DNA of 13,738 bases from an uncultured Myxococcales bacterium. GTDB taxonomy: Bacteria > Myxococcota > UBA4151. The notes beneath the pieces were generated by a model. That model ran no database searches. It saw only the letters and a list, made by a program, of their open reading frames with translations, and was not told where the DNA came from. The first letter of the stretch is position 1; each line of letters begins with the position of its first letter. Shown here one piece after another: positions 6,328 to 13,738 of the stretch. The position numbers and the translations under genes are program-made. Location: positions 1-13,738 of the forward strand of contig CAXGWI010000098.1 in NCBI GenBank assembly GCA_964013405.1. Reading direction: 5' to 3'.

Positions 6328-7844
6328 AGGGGGGGAGTAGCGCGCCTCCGACCTCGGCGCAATGGACCAAAGAAGCCCATCCCGATGAGGAATACAGTCC
6401 ACCAGGGGAAACCCAAGCCCTGAGCGGCACCGCAGCCACAACCGACGGCTGCGTCTCGCTGGGCGTCCGGCGGATCGATGCTTCCTCCATCACCGGCTCC
6501 GGGCACCGGCCCCGCATCGGGGAGCTCCGGTTCATCGCCGCCGGCAACCAGTTGGAAATGGGCATATCGCACACTGCCGGCCTCCACCAAGATGTGGTCA
6601 TCCTGGCTTTGATAGCCTTCGGCTCGCACATGGACCTGCCACAGACCGGGGCTCAACTCGGCGAACTCGTATTGCCCCTGACGGTCCGTCCTTGTGGACC
6701 GTTCCTCACCGTCAAGGGAGAGCAGTAACTGGGCGCCGACCACCGGCGCACCGCTGTCCGCCGCGGTCAGTTCACCGGCTAAACCACCGAGTTGGGGCTC
6801 GCCGCCGATCGTCCGCAAGGTGAGCAGGGGTTGGTAGTGAGAGAGAATCTGTAGGTAGCTGTCGCCACGGACGGCCCGTTCAACGCTGCCCCACTGACAA
6901 ATGCCGCGAACCAAGGACCGATTCCCGGCCGGAAACAATGGATTGTCTTGGTGGGCCATGCGCTCACGGTCGTGCCCACACCAGTCCCGGACACAAACAC
7001 GGGACAAACCGTCATCGGGAATGATGTCAGCGGGATCGACGGGGGTTGCGGACTTGTAACTCGGCAGGCTCCCTCGGCGAGCGCACGCGCTGGCGTATTC
7101 GTGCTTGTCCAAAAGGTTGTGATCGAACTCAGCGACGAGGATTTGTCCCGCTGTGCTCGTTGCAGCGGCCGTGGAGATCTCCGTCCGGTCGTCTTTGTAG
7201 ACTTGGTTACAGGGCCCATCTTTGATGTGATAATCCGCCGCGGGCCCTTGGCGAAGATACCACCAAACGACGTAGGTCCGTGCGGCCACAGCGAAGGTCT
7301 GGAAACTCGCAAAAACCCGTGTGCGGCGCTCACCGGATGGAATTTGCACCCCTTCGCCACTGCCCGCCGCGGCGAAGACCCCAATCTCCGCGTTGACGAC
7401 GCCTGCGACATAGGACTCCAGAGGCACCTCATCGACTCGCAAAAATGTCGAACTGCAATTGTTGTCGGCATAGCGAGCGACCCGAATCGTTTCCGGCAAG
7501 GTCGGGCCCAATTCATAGCCGAGGGCCTGTGGCAGCATCGGGTCCACGGCCCCTCGAGGGGGCACCGCTGCACTTTCATCCACGTGTCGGTGTCGCCTGA
7601 TCGCCACACCAAAGTCGCCGGGCAGAGGGCGAACATTGACCTGCAAACGCAAGGGCTCGGCCCCCGGCCCCTCGGGCACGAAGAAGGTGGCCCGCTGCCC
7701 ACCGGCCGTCAGCTGGTGAAGTCCAGGCTCTAGTTGGAGCAGCGGCCCTTCGGCCATGCGCCCGTCGATCCGCTCAAGGTCTGAGACTGGCTGCCCGTCA
7801 GGCCCTAAAAGTTGGACCAGAACGAACAGGCTAATCAAAGGCAT
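6324..7844 (-). CDS. SpoIID/LytB-family lytic transglycosylase with carboxypeptidase-regulatory-like (CnaB-type) domain and MYXO-CTERM sorting tail
   Basis: SpoIID motifs PLESYVAGVVNAEIG (catalytic Glu), TFAVAARTY, DGPCNQVY, STAGQIL and GICQWGS...GDSYLQILSHY. Beta-sandwich segment GAPVVGAQL...RTDRQGQYEFAELSPGLWQVHVRAEGY. C-terminus is GCGC + TM helix + Arg cluster. Confidence 0.85.
   Translation of the reverse strand: MPLISLFVLVQLLGPDGQPVSDLERIDGRMAEGPLLQLEPGLHQLTAGGQRATFFVPEGPGAEPLRLQVNVRPLPGDFGVAIRRHRHVDESAAVPPRGAVDPMLPQALGYELGPTLPETIRVARYADNNCSSTFLRVDEVPLESYVAGVVNAEIGVFAAAGSGEGVQIPSGERRTRVFASFQTFAVAARTYVVWWYLRQGPAADYHIKDGPCNQVYKDDRTEISTAAATSTAGQILVAEFDHNLLDKHEYASACARRGSLPSYKSATPVDPADIIPDDGLSRVCVRDWCGHDRERMAHQDNPLFPAGNRSLVRGICQWGSVERAVRGDSYLQILSHYQPLLTLRTIGGEPQLGGLAGELTAADSGAPVVGAQLLLSLDGEERSTRTDRQGQYEFAELSPGLWQVHVRAEGYQSQDDHILVEAGSVRYAHFQLVAGGDEPELPDAGPVPGAGDGGSIDPPDAQRDAAVGCGCGAAQGLGFPWWTVFLIGMGFFGPLRRGRRRATPPL
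6342..6443 (-). other. MYXO-CTERM-like C-terminal sorting/anchoring signal
   Basis: GCGCGAAQGLGFPWWTVFLIGMGFFGPLRRGRRR: a GC motif, a hydrophobic helix and an Arg-rich tail, preceded by a PDAG/GDGG linker. Confidence 0.75.
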
Positions 7845-8968
7845 CAGTCGTCGTCACGGGGCTGATTGGGGCGTAGGATCCAAAGGGTCTCCTCCCCCGT
7901 AAAATGATGAATGCTGTGACTCTTCACCCGGGCGTCCCCCCGGCTCGCTTGGGCCGCGGTCAGGGTGCCGCTCTCGGCCCAATCATTGGTGATGACCACG
8001 CGGGTGTGTCCCCCGTCGGCGACGTCGTCACCAAGGTGGTCAACCAAGATCATGTCACCCGGTTGGGCCTTCGCTAAGACCGCAGCGATTTTGGCTTCCT
8101 TCGCTTCCTCATCCAGACCCTTGATCTGCACTTCGCCGACCAGATCGAAGTGGACCTTGTTGCCGTACTTCGCTGCGTACTTATCGCTCCACTTAAAGAA
8201 CTGGTTTGCGTTTGGATATTCACCCCGGCCGCGGTTGCCATAATAGGGCGGCTCGAAGCCTGCGGCGTACATCGCATTGCCCCCAAAAAGGTTGCACTTC
8301 CACTTCCCCTTGAGACCGCCGAGGCTCACATTGGCGGGGAGGGCGTGGTTGGGATCCAAATTGTACCAGGGGTCCGGCACCCCATAGTTGTTGCCGTATT
8401 TGTCCACCAGCATGTTCGCCGCCTCAACCATGTTCTGGCCTGTGGGCTGTCCCCCTTGCGACCTGGTCTCGACGGCAAGCTCTGGTTGCAGCCTCAAGTC
8501 GAGTCCATTGCGGTTCCCTGCCTGTAACGACCGTTGCAGCGCCGCGGCGGTGCCCCGATCAACGATCCCGGTGGCTTCCAAGCCCTCCTGGTTCTGGAAT
8601 GCGATCACCGCCTGGCGGGTCTTCGGTCCCCATTGACCATCGACCCCACCGGGATTGAGTTCGGCGTTTCCAGAACGATGGGCCAAGGTGGCAAGTCCAG
8701 ATTGGACGACGCGTACGCTGGGGTGCTGGCGCCCCGCAGCCGGCAGCTCGACGCTGCCATTGAGCAGGCCAGGGGCCTGGTCCAAACTGCTGCGAGCGTT
8801 CGAGTTGTCACCGGTCGAGACATCCCGGCGGGGTGCCTCCCCACCATCGACAAAATGGCCCCGTGGCCGCTCAACATCTACGTCAGCGCCCCGTCGCTCG
8901 ACGGGCCGAAGCCCTTCCGGGTCGATCGTCGTGGGTGGTTGATGACCGCCCCCAGGAATTCTTGGCAT
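7844..8968 (-). CDS. Peptidoglycan-binding domain protein with C-terminal Cys-His (CHAP/NlpC-P60-like) hydrolase domain
   Basis: GGGAGA RBS just upstream of ATG 8968 (MPRIP...). PG_binding_1 motif VRVVQSGL...VDGQWGPKTRQAVIAFQNQEGLEATGIVDRGT. Catalytic-like KWKCNLF (Cys 8294-8296) and QPGDMIL...GGHTRVV (His 8006-8008). The stop overlaps the next ATG (TGATG). Confidence 0.78.
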   Translation of the reverse strand: MPRIPGGGHQPPTTIDPEGLRPVERRGADVDVERPRGHFVDGGEAPRRDVSTGDNSNARSSLDQAPGLLNGSVELPAAGRQHPSVRVVQSGLATLAHRSGNAELNPGGVDGQWGPKTRQAVIAFQNQEGLEATGIVDRGTAAALQRSLQAGNRNGLDLRLQPELAVETRSQGGQPTGQNMVEAANMLVDKYGNNYGVPDPWYNLDPNHALPANVSLGGLKGKWKCNLFGGNAMYAAGFEPPYYGNRGRGEYPNANQFFKWSDKYAAKYGNKVHFDLVGEVQIKGLDEEAKEAKIAAVLAKAQPGDMILVDHLGDDVADGGHTRVVITNDWAESGTLTAAQASRGDARVKSHSIHHFTGEETLWILRPNQPRDDD

Positions 8969-9012
8969 CGCTCGTCTCCCTACCCCGCCTTTAACGGATC
9001 TTGCCCCCAACG

Positions 9013-9039
9013 TCATCGGCGCGGCGACCTAGGTGTTTC
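9013..9039 (-). promoter_or_regulatory. Candidate sigma28 (FliA/WhiG)-type promoter
   Basis: The minus strand reads GAAA-N15-GCCGATGA, against the consensus TAAA-N15-GCCGATAA. It lies about 45 nt upstream of ATG 8968. Confidence 0.4.
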
Positions 9040-9086
9040 GCATAGAGTCAATTTTTGCCAAGGGTCTAGACGGGAATGGAGTTGCC

Positions 9087-10748
9087 ATGAGTCGAGTCGT
9101 CCGAGCCCAAACGGGAAGCACACTGGAATGTCGCAACTGGACCGCTGAGGCGGCCTTACGCATGATTCGCAATAATCTGGACCCGGCTGTGGCCGAGCGG
9201 CCCGCCGACCTCGTGGTTTACGGTGGCACCGGCAAGGCAGCACGGAACTGGGAGGCTTTCGAGGCGATCGAGGCCGCCCTCAAAACGCTGGCTGATGACG
9301 AGACACTCCTCGTTCAGAGTGGCAAGCCAGTGGGGATCTTTCGTAGTCACCTCGATGCCCCCCGGGTGCTCATCGCCAACTCCAACCTCGTCGGCAACTG
9401 GGCAAACTGGGATCACTTTAACGCCCTCGAACAAAAGGGCCTGATGATGTTCGGCCAGATGACCGCTGGGTCATGGATCTACATTGGCACCCAGGGCATC
9501 CTGCAAGGCACCTACGAGACTTTTGCCCAGGCTGCCCGTCAGCATTACGGCACCGATGGCAGCCTGACTGGCAAGCTTGTCCTGACCGCCGGCCTCGGTG
9601 GCATGGGTGGCGCCCAACCCCTCGCAGCGACCATGTGTGGCGGCGTGTGCCTGGCCGTTGAAATCGACCCGTCTCGCATCGAGAAACGCTTGGAAACCCG
9701 CTATCTGGACAAGTCGACTGCGGATGTCGCCGAGGCCATCAAATGGTGCGAGGATGCCGTGCTGACGGAACAACCGCTATCGGTCGGTCTCGTGGGCAAC
9801 GCAGCCGAACTGATTCCCCAGTTAGCAGAGCAGGGACTCAAGCCGGATTTGGTCACCGACCAAACCAGCGCCCACGATCCCCTTCGTGGCTATATCCCGG
9901 CGGGCTTGAGCCTGACGGAGGCAGCGACACTCCGAAGCGATGACCCTGCAGCCTATGTCGAACGGGCTCACGAGAGCATGGCGGCCCATGTGCGGGGCAT
10001 GCTGGCTTTCCAGGAAGCCGGTGCCCACGTCTTCGACTATGGCAACAACCTGCGAGCCGGCGCGGAGGCCGGGGGTCTCGAAGGTGCGAACCGGGCTTTC
10101 CCAGGCTTCGTGCCAGCCTACATCCGCCCCTTATTCTGTGAAGGGATGGGCCCCTTCCGGTGGGTTGCGCTCTCCGGTGACCCAGAAGACATCCGGGTGA
10201 CCGACGAAGCGCTCATGGATCTGTTTCCAGAAAAGACATCGCTCGTCCGCTGGCTCAAAATGGCGGGCGAAAAAGTGGCTTTCCAGGGCCTGCCCAGCCG
10301 GATCTGCTGGCTCGGTTATGGCGAGCGGGAGCGGGCCGGTCTTCTGTTCAATAACTTGGTCCGAGAGGGCCGGGTGAAGGCGCCGATCGTCATTGGTCGG
10401 GACCACTTGGACTCTGGGAGCGTTGCCAGTCCCAACCGGGAGACAGAAGACATGAAGGACGGCAGTGATGCCGTTGCGGATTGGCCCATCCTCAACGCCC
10501 TCATCAATGCGGTCAACGGCGCCTCCTGGGTCAGCTTTCACCACGGTGGTGGTGTCGGCATGGGCTACAGCCTTCATGCCGGCATGGTGATCGTTGCCGA
10601 TGGCACGGACGCGGCTGCAGAGCGCTTAAGCCGAGTGCTGACCAGCGATCCCGGGATGGGCGTAATTCGCCACGCCGATGCGGGCTACAGCCGAGCGGCC
10701 GACGTGGCGAAGAGCCGGGGTGTTCGTATCCCTGGCCTGACGGCCTAA
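9087..10748 (+). CDS. hutU: Urocanate hydratase (urocanase)
   Basis: Highly conserved motifs [85 protein letters not shown] and [17 protein letters not shown] before ATG 9087 places the start there rather than at 9033. Confidence 0.98.
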   Translation: MSRVVRAQTGSTLECRNWTAEAALRMIRNNLDPAVAERPADLVVYGGTGKAARNWEAFEAIEAALKTLADDETLLVQSGKPVGIFRSHLDAPRVLIANSNLVGNWANWDHFNALEQKGLMMFGQMTAGSWIYIGTQGILQGTYETFAQAARQHYGTDGSLTGKLVLTAGLGGMGGAQPLAATMCGGVCLAVEIDPSRIEKRLETRYLDKSTADVAEAIKWCEDAVLTEQPLSVGLVGNAAELIPQLAEQGLKPDLVTDQTSAHDPLRGYIPAGLSLTEAATLRSDDPAAYVERAHESMAAHVRGMLAFQEAGAHVFDYGNNLRAGAEAGGLEGANRAFPGFVPAYIRPLFCEGMGPFRWVALSGDPEDIRVTDEALMDLFPEKTSLVRWLKMAGEKVAFQGLPSRICWLGYGERERAGLLFNNLVREGRVKAPIVIGRDHLDSGSVASPNRETEDMKDGSDAVADWPILNALINAVNGASWVSFHHGGGVGMGYSLHAGMVIVADGTDAAAERLSRVLTSDPGMGVIRHADAGYSRAADVAKSRGVRIPGLTA

Positions 10749-10751
10749 CCG

Positions 10752-11960
10752 ATGTTTACGGAAACCCATCCGCTGCCGGCCGGGGCCGTGCTTTTTGAGA
10801 ACATCGGGCAGCTCTACTGCCGCTTCGATCAGGCCCCTAAGACGAAGGCCTGGATGGTCATGATCGGTGGCCGAGTCGATGCGGTCGGTGAGGGTGCGCC
10901 GCCGGCCGGAGACTTCGAGCAAATCTGCGATCTGCGGGGACTCACCATCATCCCGGCCCCCATCGACGCCCATACCCATGCCCTTTTCGCCGGTGACCGC
11001 AGCGAGGAGTTTGCGGCCCGCTTCAGCGGCGGGGACTCCTATGCAGAACGTCTCGAACGCGGTGGCGGCATTAGAGCGACGGTAGCGGCCGTCGCAGAGG
11101 CCGATGATGACCACTTGGTGAGCTTGACGCTGGACCGAATTCATCAATCGATGGCCTGTGGTGTTTGCGCCATGGAGATCAAGACGGGCTATGGGCTCAG
11201 CATCGAGGGTGAACGCCGACTGATGGAGATTCTCCACCGGGTCCAGAGCTACAGCCCCATCCCGATCTTCCCGACGCTGCTCATGCACGTGCCCCTGCCT
11301 GACCAGAGCCCGGCATCACTCCTTGAGGAGGCTCGAAGCGAACTCCTTCCTTTAGCCGAAAGCTTGGGCTTCGGCGTTGACGTCTTCGTCGAGCAGGGGG
11401 CCTTTTCCGTCGATGATGCCCGCCCCTTTCTTGAGGATGCAGCCCAACGCAACCTGCGGATTCACGTCCATGCCGAACAACTCACAGCCAGTGGGGCTGC
11501 CGGACTGGCTGCTGCCGTTGGCGCCTGCAGCGCTGAACATTTAGAGTTCATCGATCGAGCGGGCTGCGAAGCCCTGGCTGAGGCCGGTACGGTCGCCAAT
11601 CTCCTCCCCGGCGCATGGCTCCAACTCGGCGGTGGGGCAAAACCACCTGTCCAGGACCTGCGGCAAGCCGGCGTGAGTCTGGCCGTGTCCACGGACTGGA
11701 ATCCGGGCTCATCCTACCTCGCCGATCCCTTATTGGCCGCATCCCTCGCCGTCACCACCTTTGGACTCCACCCAATGGAAGCCCTTGGCGGCATCACCCA
11801 AAGCGCAGCCCAAGCGCTCGGTGTCCCCAGCCTAGGCCATTTAGAGGTCGGCGGGCAGGGCCGCCCCTGGGTGCTGGCCGAACCCGGTCCTGAGGCTCTC
11901 TTACAGCGGATGGGGATCGGCCGCCGTGGCGGCGTGTTCGCCCAGTCGCCGCCCTCCTAA
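10752..11960 (+). CDS. hutI: Imidazolonepropionase
   Basis: Amidohydrolase motifs IDAHTHALFAGDRSEEF, GGGIRATV, EIKTGYGL, DVFVEQGAF, HVHAEQL, SAEHLE and STDWNPGSS. Starts 3 nt after hutU. Confidence 0.94.
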   Translation: MFTETHPLPAGAVLFENIGQLYCRFDQAPKTKAWMVMIGGRVDAVGEGAPPAGDFEQICDLRGLTIIPAPIDAHTHALFAGDRSEEFAARFSGGDSYAERLERGGGIRATVAAVAEADDDHLVSLTLDRIHQSMACGVCAMEIKTGYGLSIEGERRLMEILHRVQSYSPIPIFPTLLMHVPLPDQSPASLLEEARSELLPLAESLGFGVDVFVEQGAFSVDDARPFLEDAAQRNLRIHVHAEQLTASGAAGLAAAVGACSAEHLEFIDRAGCEALAEAGTVANLLPGAWLQLGGGAKPPVQDLRQAGVSLAVSTDWNPGSSYLADPLLAASLAVTTFGLHPMEALGGITQSAAQALGVPSLGHLEVGGQGRPWVLAEPGPEALLQRMGIGRRGGVFAQSPPS

Positions 11961-12994
11961 TGCGCCTAGCCAAAGAAGAGATCCCCTTCCCTTTGCAAAG
12001 CGGTCGCTACGAGGTGAGCGCCGGCATGCGTCGATTCGGCCAGGCCCATCCCGGGGAACCAGCGGAAGACGGCCATTTCCGGGCGGATGATCAACTGCCT
12101 CGCTACCTCCAGACCCGCCTTGAGGTGTTGCAACGAGGACCGGAGCACAGTCGCTGCTGGGCTGCCGATCTTCCCCCACGTGCGCGGCAGGACTTGGTTG
12201 AAGCCATCTGGTGCGTGCTGGCGAAGGCGGCCGTCGAACTGCCGGACCTCGTCGGCCTGTCAGAAGACAGCCTGTCACTCAAAGGCTTAGGCCTGAGCCT
12301 GGACCGAGACAGTTTGCGAATTCGCCTCGAGGGGGAACCCCAACCGGCCTTTCAAGAATTGCAGTTGAAGGTCTTCCACTGGCTGCAAAACCAAGAGCCT
12401 GAAGACCGCCTTGCCGATGCCCTCGCCTTCGCCATCCAGGAAGACTACGCCCTGTGTCGCGGCCCGACGACCGCCGAGGACCCTTGGGGCGACTGCCTCG
12501 AGCTGACCCACATTTGCTTTCCGAGTTCCTGGCGGCCCGCAGAAAAGGTTGGCGGGAACTTCAGTGATGTGCACCGGCCCGTGGTTCACAATCGTGCTCT
12601 GCTAAAAGCCCACCGAAGCCTGGTGAAGGCCATGATCGAAAAGGGGCCCTTCGTTCGCTATGCCTGGGGCCTCCATCTCGACGGCATGCTGTGTCGCAAC
12701 CCGGATTTCGCCCCAAAAATACCCGAACCCACCGCGCCAAGCCCCCAAGAGGCGGCCCAATGCAGTTGGTTTCGAGTGGAACGGCAAACGATGATGCCGC
12801 TACCCCACCTCAACCGCGGTCTCTTCACGATTCGGACCTACATCCGACCCCTGACCGAGGTCATGACAAGCGACTACCGTCGGGAGCGTTTGGCTTCGGC
12901 TCTCAAGAGCATGGATGGACCAGCGCTTCGCTATAAGCACCTCGGCCAGCGCCGCGATCCGTTGGTGGCCTGGCTAGAAGCTGGCTGCCTTTAG
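11960..12994 (+). CDS. DUF3445 / heme-dependent oxidative N-demethylase alpha-subunit family protein
   Basis: Family motifs IQEDY, CFPSSWRPAEKVG, DVHRPV (putative heme His), RYAW, FRVERQT, LFTIRTYIRPL and terminal YK. TAATG overlap with hutI. Confidence 0.85.
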   Translation: MRLAKEEIPFPLQSGRYEVSAGMRRFGQAHPGEPAEDGHFRADDQLPRYLQTRLEVLQRGPEHSRCWAADLPPRARQDLVEAIWCVLAKAAVELPDLVGLSEDSLSLKGLGLSLDRDSLRIRLEGEPQPAFQELQLKVFHWLQNQEPEDRLADALAFAIQEDYALCRGPTTAEDPWGDCLELTHICFPSSWRPAEKVGGNFSDVHRPVVHNRALLKAHRSLVKAMIEKGPFVRYAWGLHLDGMLCRNPDFAPKIPEPTAPSPQEAAQCSWFRVERQTMMPLPHLNRGLFTIRTYIRPLTEVMTSDYRRERLASALKSMDGPALRYKHLGQRRDPLVAWLEAGCL

Positions 12995-13738
12995 TCCCGG
13001 ACGAGAATCTGGATGTAGTTCTCGGCCTGACCGGCTCGGCCGGTGTTCAGAGAAAGCGCCTGGCCGAAGCCCAGTTGGTTGCTCTCAAGCCGCTGCATAT
13101 TGGATGAACTGTTGGGGCCGATACCACCTCGCCATGGCTCAGAGAAGTCGCAACGTCCGGCGACCCGTACGCTAAAGCAGAGCCCGTAGGTGGAGTTCGC
13201 CTCGTTTTCGCCACCACAGATCGGCGCCTCTTCCGCACCACAGTTGAAATAGAGCTTGGTGTTACAAATGCCTGCTTCCTGGGCCAGCATACCGGCCCGG
13301 GACGCAACGCCATCGGATTGGTTATGACACTGCAGACCGCGAAACCCGTCGATAAAGCTGCCGAGGTCTTCGCCGCCATCACCCACCCGAGCATAGCTCG
13401 ACCAGATGCCGCTGGGCTCATGTTTCACGAGGATGTCTTCCATTGGCACCTCATGATAGGCCGGTGATTTGAAGTCCCGGTTCAACTGCTCGATCCGGCC
13501 GACCGTGCTCTCATCGACGGTCCAATAGGCCCGGTGCTGCCAGGTCCAGTTGTTGGCGTCATCGTCAGAGACAACCGCAACGAGTGTCCACCCACCACCG
13601 TCCATCGTCAGATCACAATAGACTTGGTACGCATCCTCTCGGCTGCCCCCATTCGGATCGATCCAATAGATGCCGTCTCGCTGCTCGGGGAAGCCATCGA
13701 GAATCGCTCGGCAGGACACCGCCGCCCGAGCCTGACTC
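12991..13738 (-). CDS. Partial CDS (5' end beyond window): fibrinogen-related / intelectin-like YCDxxxxGGGW domain protein
   Basis: The frame stays open to the window edge (SQARAAVSCRAI...). Motifs DGIYWIDP and VYCDLTMDGGGWTLVAVV. DFKSPAYHEVPMEDILVKHEP resembles the intelectin DYKNPGY...DL...H.P segment. Confidence 0.8.
   Translation of the reverse strand, partial: SQARAAVSCRAILDGFPEQRDGIYWIDPNGGSREDAYQVYCDLTMDGGGWTLVAVVSDDDANNWTWQHRAYWTVDESTVGRIEQLNRDFKSPAYHEVPMEDILVKHEPSGIWSSYARVGDGGEDLGSFIDGFRGLQCHNQSDGVASRAGMLAQEAGICNTKLYFNCGAEEAPICGGENEANSTYGLCFSVRVAGRCDFSEPWRGGIGPNSSSNMQRLESNQLGFGQALSLNTGRAGQAENYIQILVRD

Noticed and set aside
6328..6441. ORF-track N-terminal extension of the lipoprotein (also 8969-9016, 9033-9086 and 5052-5216 for other genes)
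   Set aside because: Downstream ATGs have better support (stop/start coupling at 6327; RBS at 8968 and 9087). The other extensions overlap neighbouring genes or the promoter region.
6779..7733. 307-aa alternative-frame minus ORF and 261-aa plus ORF inside the SpoIID gene
   Set aside because: Both are fully nested in a gene with clear family motifs and show no motifs or RBS of their own.
6324..8968. Prophage lysis cassette or sporulation locus
   Set aside because: No holin, spanin, structural or integrase genes are present. SpoIID/LytB domains are widespread in non-sporulating bacteria, and the MYXO-CTERM tail indicates a host-sorted protein.
8969..9086. HutC operator or sigma54 promoter upstream of hutU or the hydrolase gene
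   Set aside because: No TGTA-N2-TACA-like palindrome is visible. TTGGCAAAAATTGACT lacks the GC at the -12 position needed for sigma54. TTGACT has no properly spaced -10 box.
1..13738. CRISPR arrays, tRNA/rRNA, IS elements, long DNA repeats
   Set aside because: Nearly all sequence is assigned to protein-coding genes. No regularly spaced repeats, transposase motifs or RNA-gene signatures were seen by eye.

Overview
GC-rich, gene-dense bacterial window. MYXO-CTERM, D[AGS]G linkers and Cys-rich lipoprotein modules suggest Myxococcota or a related lineage (inference). It holds three transcription blocks and one partial gene. (1) Plus strand: the 3' end of a possibly PlsB-like gene, coupled to an orphan gamma-class N6-adenine methyltransferase. 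(2) Minus strand, about 7.1 kb: a tightly packed six-gene envelope cluster. In order: a signal-peptide-less peptidoglycan-binding + Cys/His (CHAP/NlpC-like) hydrolase; a SpoIID/LytB lytic transglycosylase with a MYXO-CTERM tail; a Cys-rich lipoprotein; two tandem signal peptidase I paralogs, one with a Cys-rich insertion; and a predicted beta-barrel outer-membrane protein. A sigma28-like promoter motif precedes the cluster. (3) Divergent plus strand: hutU-hutI coupled to a DUF3445/heme-dependent oxidative N-demethylase-family gene, with no hutH or hutG in the window. The window ends in a partial fibrinogen/intelectin-like gene on the minus strand. No RNA genes, mobile elements or CRISPR arrays were seen. 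The best candidates for an undescribed system are the wall-hydrolase/dual-SPase cluster and the hut-HODM coupling. Both are hypotheses from motif reading, not database results.
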